Source of the DNA: an uncultured bacterium
GTDB lineage: Bacteria > Krumholzibacteriota > Krumholzibacteriia > Krumholzibacteriales > Krumholzibacteriaceae
Reading direction: 5' to 3'
DNA: 64,000 nt
Assembly (NCBI GenBank): GCA_963786935.1
Contig: CAWBAN010000002.1
Coordinates: 288,001 to 352,000, forward strand
Position 1 is the stretch's first letter, and every line of letters starts with the position of its first letter. This document shows positions 57,631 through 64,000 of this stretch, piece after piece. The translations under genes were made by a program, and so were the position numbers. The notes below the pieces were generated by a model. That model was not told where the DNA came from, searched no databases, and saw only the letters and a list, made by a program, of their open reading frames with translations.

Positions 57631-60156
57631 TTGATCCGCTCACTCGGCAAGAAGCTGCTCGGCGCGGGAGGCGCGTCCGCGGACCCGAAGCCCGCGGAGG
57701 CCCGCTCCTCCCGGGAGCTCGAGCTCGAGCGCATCATCGCGCGCGTCTCGGCGATCAGCTCGATGATGCTCGCCGATGCGCCGAGCGGGGATATTTACGA
57801 CGCGATGGCCCGCGGCCTCGCCGAGGACTCGGGGGCGAGCTTCGTCGTGCTGCGGATCGCCAAGCCGGGCGGGGACGTTTTCGAGATGAAGGCGTACGCC
57901 GGCACCGGCGACGCCCCCCGGGAGCCGCTCCATTCCCTGTCGGTGACCCGGCGGACCTTCCTCGATCTCTGCGGCGGCGGAGAGCGGCTCGCCGACGGAT
58001 TCGTCGTCGACGCCGGGGTCGCCTGCGCGCCCGCCGACAGCCCGGTGCCCCGCTGCGCGGCGGCGCCGACCGGAACGGTGCTTCTCGCCGGCATCGAGGA
58101 GCGCGGGACCGTCACGGGTTTCTTCACCGTCGGATACGTCGACGAGTCTCCCGACGAGCGGCTCCTGGCCCGGCTGCGGCTGTACCGGGACCGCGTGCTG
58201 CTCATGCAGCAGCGCGAGCGCGCGAAGGAGCAGCTCCGCACCAAGGAGCGCGCGCTGGCCGTTTGCAAAGAGGAGCTCGAGAGCGTCAACCAGCTCAAAT
58301 CCAATTTTCTCTCGGTCGTTTCCCACGAACTCCGCACGCCGCTCACGTCGGTCAAGGCGTACACCGAGACGCTCCTCGACAACGCGGATACGATCAAGCG
58401 CGAGACGCTCAAGGACTTCCTCCGCGTGATGGACGAGGAGAGCGAGCGGATCATCAAGCTCGTCGACAGCATCCTGAACTTCTCGCGGATGGAGACGGGG
58501 CACCTCAAGGTGGAGCGGACCTCCTGCAACCTCAACCGGATGATCGAGGAGGTCCACGCGGGGCTGCAGGCGAAGTTCGCCGCCGCGGAGATCAACACGG
58601 AGCTCCGGCTCCCGCGCCACCCGTGCCGCATCGACGCCGACCGCGAGCTCATCACGCAGATGCTCCAGAATCTCATGTCGAACGCGATCAAGTTCACGCC
58701 GCCCGGGGGCACGGTGACCGTCATCCTCGAGCAGGAGGCGTCCGCGGCGCGCATCGTCGTGCAGGATACCGGCAAGGGAATTCCCGAGGATCAGATCGAG
58801 AAGATTTTCGAGCGGTTCTACCAGATCGACACGAGCAACACCCGGGAGCACGGCGGATCCGGCCTCGGGCTGGCGATCTGCAAGAACATCGTCGATTGGC
58901 ACGAGGGCAAGATCTGGGTCGAGAACGTGAAGGATTCGGGCGCCAAGTTCGTCGTCATGCTGCCGATGAAGGACATCATCGTCCGGCAGGCGGTGTCGGC
59001 GGGATTCATCGGATCGCGCCGCTTCGAGCGCGAGCGGTATCTCACGCTGCTCGTCGAGATGCTCTCCGAGTTTCTCCAGGCGCGCAAGGCCTCGATCATG
59101 CTCCTCGACCGGGAGCAGCAGGTGCTCCGGATCGTCGCGGCGAAGGGGCTCGACAGCGAGTTCGTCCAGAACACGCGGCTCGAGGTCGGGGAGCGCATCG
59201 CGGGCAAGGTGGCCCAGACGGGCGAGCCGCTCCACGTGTTCGACATCGAGACCGACGGCGAATACGGACGCGCGAACAACGCGCTCTTCTACGGCACACG
59301 CTCGTTCGTCTCGGCGCCGCTCAGGGACGGAGACGAGATCATCGGCGTCCTCAACGTGAGCGACCACGTCGAGGAGCGGGAGTTCACCCGCGCCGACCGC
59401 GAGCTCCTCGAGGCGCTCGGCACGATCATCGTCGGCATGCTGAAGAAGCTGGACGCCTACGAAAAAGTATCGATGAATTTCGAAAAGCTCAAAGAGGCGA
59501 TGCGCGCGAGCCTCGACATGCGCGAGGCGTGGGGGAGCGGAACGCTCGCGAACCTCACCCTCATCGCGCTCGCGATCGGCTCGAAGCTCGCGCTCGACGA
59601 GCGCTCGCTCACGGCGCTGCGCCTCGGCATGAACCTCTACGATCTCGGGCTCATGCGGATCCCCCGGAACATCCGCATCAAGAAGGAAGAGCTCACGCCG
59701 AAGGAGCGAGAGGTGCTCCGCGGGCACACGAACCTCGGGTTCACGCTCACCTCCCCGATGAATCTCGAGGACCGGGTCATGAAGATGATCCGGAGCCATC
59801 ACGAGCATTACGACGGGAGCGGCTATCCCGACGGTCTCTCGGGGAGCGAGATCCCGGTCGAGGCGCGGATCGTCAGCGTCGTCGACGCGTTCCGCGCGCT
59901 CATGAGCGAAGGGCCGTACCGGCGCACCTTCTCCCTCGCGGAGGCGCGCGCGGAGATCGAGCGGGGCGCGAACACGCGATTCGATCCCGACGTCGTCAGG
60001 GCGTTCGGGGAGACGCTCGACGAGCTCGGCGCGCGCGACGACAAGCACGAGCTCGTGCTCGACGCGGTCGAGCGGGAGCTCGAACGGGAGCGCGGCGCAC
60101 GGAAAAAGCGAATGGAAACGACTTCGAACGAACCGGTGAAGGAGGAGATTCGATGA
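57631..60156 (+). CDS. Cytoplasmic hybrid: GAF-like-HisKA-HATPase-GAF-degenerate HD-GYP
   Basis: SHELRTPLT, NAIKFT, GGSGLGLAI; LYDLG in place of HD; HHE.YDGSGYP, ARI..VVDAF. Confidence 0.88.
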   Translation: MIRSLGKKLLGAGGASADPKPAEARSSRELELERIIARVSAISSMMLADAPSGDIYDAMARGLAEDSGASFVVLRIAKPGGDVFEMKAYAGTGDAPREPLHSLSVTRRTFLDLCGGGERLADGFVVDAGVACAPADSPVPRCAAAPTGTVLLAGIEERGTVTGFFTVGYVDESPDERLLARLRLYRDRVLLMQQRERAKEQLRTKERALAVCKEELESVNQLKSNFLSVVSHELRTPLTSVKAYTETLLDNADTIKRETLKDFLRVMDEESERIIKLVDSILNFSRMETGHLKVERTSCNLNRMIEEVHAGLQAKFAAAEINTELRLPRHPCRIDADRELITQMLQNLMSNAIKFTPPGGTVTVILEQEASAARIVVQDTGKGIPEDQIEKIFERFYQIDTSNTREHGGSGLGLAICKNIVDWHEGKIWVENVKDSGAKFVVMLPMKDIIVRQAVSAGFIGSRRFERERYLTLLVEMLSEFLQARKASIMLLDREQQVLRIVAAKGLDSEFVQNTRLEVGERIAGKVAQTGEPLHVFDIETDGEYGRANNALFYGTRSFVSAPLRDGDEIIGVLNVSDHVEEREFTRADRELLEALGTIIVGMLKKLDAYEKVSMNFEKLKEAMRASLDMREAWGSGTLANLTLIALAIGSKLALDERSLTALRLGMNLYDLGLMRIPRNIRIKKEELTPKEREVLRGHTNLGFTLTSPMNLEDRVMKMIRSHHEHYDGSGYPDGLSGSEIPVEARIVSVVDAFRALMSEGPYRRTFSLAEARAEIERGANTRFDPDVVRAFGETLDELGARDDKHELVLDAVERELERERGARKKRMETTSNEPVKEEIR

Positions 60157-60533
60157 AGAAAGGCAAAGTGCTGGTCGTCGACGACGAGGTGAACATCACT
60201 CAGATTCTCGAATTCTCGATCGGCTCGGAGGGATTCGACGTGATCACGGCGCAGAACGGCGAGGAAGCGATCGAGAAGGCCCGCCGGGAGCAGCCCGATC
60301 TCATCATCCTCGACATCATGATGCCGAAGATCGACGGCTACGAGGCGTGCCGCATCCTCAAGGCGAACCCGCTCACGAAGAACATCCCCGTGGTGCTGCT
60401 CACCGCGAAGGGGCGCGACATCGACAAGCGGCTCGGCATGGAGGTCGGCGCGACCGATTACATCGTGAAGCCGTTCAGCCCGAACAAGCTCGTCGAGCGG
60501 ATCAATCAGCTCCTGTCCTGCCACAAGAAGTAG
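60153..60533 (+). CDS. Single-domain response regulator
   Basis: VLVVDDE, ILDIMMP, LTAK, KPF; ATGA overlap. Confidence 0.93.
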   Translation: MKKGKVLVVDDEVNITQILEFSIGSEGFDVITAQNGEEAIEKARREQPDLIILDIMMPKIDGYEACRILKANPLTKNIPVVLLTAKGRDIDKRLGMEVGATDYIVKPFSPNKLVERINQLLSCHKK

Positions 60534-60578
60534 CGGTTTTAGTTGCGGGGAGGGGATGGCTTCCGTATTGTGGGCGGT

Positions 60579-62582
60579 ATGAAAAGCCCGGTGAAGCCAT
60601 CCTCCCTCTTCGACGTCGCCGTTCCCTTTCCCGTCGACAAACTGTTCACGTACGCGGTGCCGGAAGCGCTCCGCGGCCGGGTGAAGCCGGGCTCGCGCGT
60701 GCTCGTGCCGTTCGGGCCGCGGCGCGTCACCGCGTACGCGATCGCCGAGCGCCGCCGCGCGCCCGGGGCGTTCAAGGTCCGGGAGATCGCGGGCCTCGTC
60801 GACGAGGAGCCGCTCCTCACCGCGGAGCTCCTCGATCTCGCCCGCTGGATGTCGGAATACTACCTCCATCCGATCGGAGAGGTTCTCGGCGCCGTCCTCC
60901 CGGCGGCGATCAGGGGGAAGCGGCGCGGGGCGTGCGCGGACGGGACGGAGGGGAAGTTTCCCGAGGAGCTCGAGTATCCCGAGCTCACCCCCGACCAGGC
61001 CTCGGCGTTCGACGCCGTCCGGCGGGCGCTCGAGGCCGGCGAACCGGCGCCCTTCCTGCTCCACGGCGTCACGGGGAGCGGGAAGACCGAGGTGTATCTC
61101 CGCTGCATCGAGGAGACGCTCCGCGCGGGGAAGAGCGCCCTCGTCCTCGTCCCCGAGATCGCGCTCATCCCGCAGACGACGTCCCGCTTCAGGCGGCGGT
61201 TCGGGGAGACGGTCGCCGTGCTCCACAGCCGCCTCACGGGGGCGCAGCGCGCCGCCCTCTGGCGCGGCGCCCGGAGCGGAGAGACCCGCATCGTGATCGG
61301 GGCGCGCTCCGCGGTCTTCGTGCCGCTCGCGCGCCTCGGGATCATCGTGGTCGACGAGGAGCAGGATTCGTCGTTCAAGCAGGAGGACAAGCCGCGCTAC
61401 AGCGCCGTGCAGGCGGCCGCGTTCAGGGCCCGGCGCGAAGGCGCCGTGCTGCTCCTCGGCTCGGCGACGCCGTCGCTCGAGGCGTACGACGCCGCCCGGC
61501 GGGGAGAGACGGGCTATCTCGTGCTCCGCTCGAGGCCGCTCGGGCTCGAGCTTCCCCGCGTCGAGATCGTCGACATGCGCGGCCGCTACGAGATCTTCTC
61601 CGAGGAGCTGCTCCGCGCGCTCGAGGAGTGCCTCGCGCGCCGGGAGCAGGCGGTCGTGCTCCTCAACCGGCGCGGCCACGCGAACTTCGTCCAGTGCCGC
61701 GGATGCGGCTGGATCGAGCAGTGCCCCAACTGCTCCATATCGCTCACGTTCCACAGCCGCGGGCAGAAGCTCCTGTGCCACTACTGCGGGCACCGGAGCG
61801 CCGTTCCGGACGCCTGCCCGCGCTGCGGCGCGTACAAGATCGCGCACCGGGGAGTCGGCACGGAGCGGGTGGAGATGGAGCTCATGAACCTGCTGCCGGG
61901 GGTGAAGGTCGCGCGGATGGATCTCGACACGACCGCCGGCCGCGAGGGGCACCTCGCCGTGCTCGAGCGGTTCTCGAGCGGCGAGAAGGACGTGCTCCTC
62001 GGCACGCAGATGGTGGCGAAGGGGCACCATTACCCGAACGTCACCCTCATCGGCGTGCTCGCGGCGGACCGGGGGCTTTGCTTCCCCGATTTCCGCGCCG
62101 CGGAGCGGACCTTCCGGCTCCTCTTCCAGGCGGCGGGGAGGACGGGGCGGGGCGCGAAGGGGGGCAAGGTTCTCATCCAGACCTACGCGCCGGAGCATCC
62201 GATGTACCGCCACCTCGCGACGCACGACTACGAGGGATTCGCCCGGGAGGAGCTCGAGACGCGCTCCGCGCTCCGCTACCCGCCGGCGGGAAGGCTCATG
62301 CTCTTCACCGTTTCCGCGCGCACGGGCGAAAAGGCCGAGGCGGGCGCCGCGGCCGTCGCGGAGGCCCTGGGCCGTTCCCTCGACGCGGCGGACGCCGCCG
62401 TTCTCGGTCCCACCCCCGCCCTCGTCGAGCGGGTGCGCGGGCGGCACCGCTTCCATCTCCTCGTGCGGGGCGCGCTCGATCGGGAGATCCGCGCCTCGAT
62501 GGCGCGCGCGGCGCGCGAGGCGCTCGCCGGCGAGAAGCAAATCGATCTCCAGTGGGACGTCGATCCGGTCGAGCTCTCGTGA
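60579..62582 (+). CDS. priA: Primosomal protein N' (replication restart helicase)
   Basis: GVTGSGKTEVY, VPEIAL, DEEQD, SATPS, LNRRG, four CxxC, GTQM.AKG, QAAGR.GR. Confidence 0.96.
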   Translation: MKSPVKPSSLFDVAVPFPVDKLFTYAVPEALRGRVKPGSRVLVPFGPRRVTAYAIAERRRAPGAFKVREIAGLVDEEPLLTAELLDLARWMSEYYLHPIGEVLGAVLPAAIRGKRRGACADGTEGKFPEELEYPELTPDQASAFDAVRRALEAGEPAPFLLHGVTGSGKTEVYLRCIEETLRAGKSALVLVPEIALIPQTTSRFRRRFGETVAVLHSRLTGAQRAALWRGARSGETRIVIGARSAVFVPLARLGIIVVDEEQDSSFKQEDKPRYSAVQAAAFRARREGAVLLLGSATPSLEAYDAARRGETGYLVLRSRPLGLELPRVEIVDMRGRYEIFSEELLRALEECLARREQAVVLLNRRGHANFVQCRGCGWIEQCPNCSISLTFHSRGQKLLCHYCGHRSAVPDACPRCGAYKIAHRGVGTERVEMELMNLLPGVKVARMDLDTTAGREGHLAVLERFSSGEKDVLLGTQMVAKGHHYPNVTLIGVLAADRGLCFPDFRAAERTFRLLFQAAGRTGRGAKGGKVLIQTYAPEHPMYRHLATHDYEGFAREELETRSALRYPPAGRLMLFTVSARTGEKAEAGAAAVAEALGRSLDAADAAVLGPTPALVERVRGRHRFHLLVRGALDREIRASMARAAREALAGEKQIDLQWDVDPVELS

Positions 62583-62655
62583 CGCGCCGATTCGCGCCGG
62601 GCGCGTCGGCGCGGCGGGGCCCCCTCGCGCCCCGATTCCGCCGCCTCATTTATGC

Positions 62656-62684
62656 TTGACACCGCGCCCGACGATTGGTAGCTT
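62656..62684 (+). promoter_or_regulatory. Sigma70 promoter for the TPR gene
   Basis: TTGACA-17nt-TAGCTT. Confidence 0.6.
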
Positions 62685-62850
62685 TTATCTGGAAATCGTT
62701 TAAACCCTCTGCTTCGATCACGATTGTTTGTTCGCGTTGAGAGCTTTCCATGTGGACTTCCCGGGCACATTCAGGAGACTGGTTCGAGCCCTGAGTTCCC
62801 GGAGCGTATCGGGTTCGCCGGCGGACCGGCCAGAAGGAGGCAACGGGCAG

Positions 62851-63909
62851 ATGAAACGGACCATGGTCATTCTCGCGATCCTCGTCCTTTCCGTCGTCAT
62901 CGTCTCGATGTATTCGTGCAAGAGCAAGGAGACGATGAGCGCGATTCTCCACAACGATCAGGGCAGCTACGACAAGGCGATCGAGCAGGCGAAGCTCGCG
63001 ATCGCGAAGAACCCGAACGACGCGGACGCCCATTTCGAGCTCGGCCGGGCCTACAGCTTCACCGGCGACATGGCCGGGGCGTACAAGGAGTTCATGATGT
63101 CGGCGCAGCTCGATCCGAAGAAGGTCGCCGACGCCGAGACCGGCATCAAGTCGAACTGGGCGAAGCACTTCAACGCCGGCATCAGCGAGTTCCAGACCGA
63201 CAACCTCGCCGGCGCGGCGCACGAGTTCGAGCTGACGACGCAGTCCGATCCGCGGCAGGTCAAGGGATGGCTCAACCTCGCGAAGGTGTACGCGAGCCTC
63301 GCGATGGGCGATTCGGCGGCCTACACGCCCCTCGAGTTCGCGGCGGCCGACACCCTGCTCGCGATGACGAAGGAAGACAACGAGGATTACGCGAACGTGC
63401 TCGCCCTCACCGGCGTCGTCATGATCAAGCGCGGGAAAGTCGAAGAGGCGCAGCGGCTGTTCGACAAGCTCCTCCTCGACGATCCGGCGAACTACGAGGA
63501 AGTCGAGCGCGCGGGAAACACCTTCCTCGCCGAAAAGGATTGGGCGAACGGCGCCACGTTCCTCCAGATGGCGATCGACGCGCGGAAGAAGACCGATTCG
63601 GAGGATTTCGAATCGTACTACAACCTCGGCGTCGCGTATTTCAACGCGAAGAACTGCCCCAAGGCGGTCGAGGCGTACCTGAACGCGTACGATATAGATC
63701 CCGACAACAAAATGGGCAACTACAGCCTGCTCCTCACGTATTTCACCTGCGAGATGTACGACGACGCGATCCTGCAGGGGCAGAAGTACACCGAGAAATG
63801 GCCGGAAGATCCGAACGCCTGGAACGTGCTGAGCCGCTGCTACGGCAAGAAGGGCATGAAGATCAAGGCGGAAGAGGCCATGAAGAAAGTGCAGGAGCTT
63901 TCGCAGTAG
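62851..63909 (+). CDS. Tetratricopeptide repeat lipoprotein
   Basis: MKRT-hydrophobic-YSC lipoprotein-type signal; TPR patterns (AHFELGRAY, YYNLGVAYF, AWNVL); AAGGAGG RBS. Confidence 0.88.
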   Translation: MKRTMVILAILVLSVVIVSMYSCKSKETMSAILHNDQGSYDKAIEQAKLAIAKNPNDADAHFELGRAYSFTGDMAGAYKEFMMSAQLDPKKVADAETGIKSNWAKHFNAGISEFQTDNLAGAAHEFELTTQSDPRQVKGWLNLAKVYASLAMGDSAAYTPLEFAAADTLLAMTKEDNEDYANVLALTGVVMIKRGKVEEAQRLFDKLLLDDPANYEEVERAGNTFLAEKDWANGATFLQMAIDARKKTDSEDFESYYNLGVAYFNAKNCPKAVEAYLNAYDIDPDNKMGNYSLLLTYFTCEMYDDAILQGQKYTEKWPEDPNAWNVLSRCYGKKGMKIKAEEAMKKVQELSQ

Positions 63910-63918
63910 CGCGGGTAT

Positions 63919-63953
63919 CCGGGGCGCCGGGCTTTGCGGCCCGGCCCCCCGGC
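63919..63953 (+). terminator. GC-rich hairpin after the TPR gene
   Basis: ccggggcgccgggc...gcccggccccccgg; weak U tail. Confidence 0.4.
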
Positions 63954-64000
63954 TTCATGCGGGCGGGGGCGGGGTATTGGAACGTTTTATGCGAATATTC

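Noticed and set aside
53691..57737. 1348-aa minus-strand ORF and similar long antisense ORFs (3441-5564, 41646-43832, 44179-47484, 57640-60048, 59823-62540)
   Set aside because: Shadow frames of high-GC genes that have clear motifs on the opposite strand
62760..62802. tRNA gene (GGTTCGA T-loop-like)
   Set aside because: No cloverleaf, D-arm or acceptor stem could be built

Overview
High-GC bacterial chromosome segment. Several secreted proteins end in an 'L(A)QNYPNPF...W(D)G...G.YFYRL' FlgD-Ig/T9SS-like sorting domain, which suggests an FCB-group candidate lineage such as Krumholzibacteriota/Latescibacterota (inference only). 1-6.7 kb: small housekeeping and regulatory genes (PhzF, alpha/beta hydrolase, XRE operon, cupin, signal-peptide-bearing PepF, RHH-SPFH operon). 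7.0-20.8 kb: a tandemly duplicated three-gene cassette (8-repeat propeller-like protein <- -> giant atypical S8 subtilase with beta-helix -> small DNRLRE protein). Its outer arms are nearly identical between copies, while the lower-GC centres (both N-termini plus the promoter region) are strongly divergent. An orphan 3' half of an M20 peptidase separates the copies. 20.9-39.9 kb: further peptidases (M28, two S41, CPBP), PadR operon, DNA repair genes, an NSS transporter with an uncalled 33-aa partner, nnr and thiL. 40-51.5 kb: a clustered glnA-glnD-glnE-glnB cascade interrupted by a fibre-like protein / C10 protease / sorting-domain module. 51.5-64 kb: tsaD, a sigma54-preceded signalling operon (REC-GGDEF, HK, two HK-GAF-HD-GYP hybrids, REC), priA and a TPR lipoprotein. 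I recognised no rRNA, tRNA, CRISPR array, integrase or transposase.
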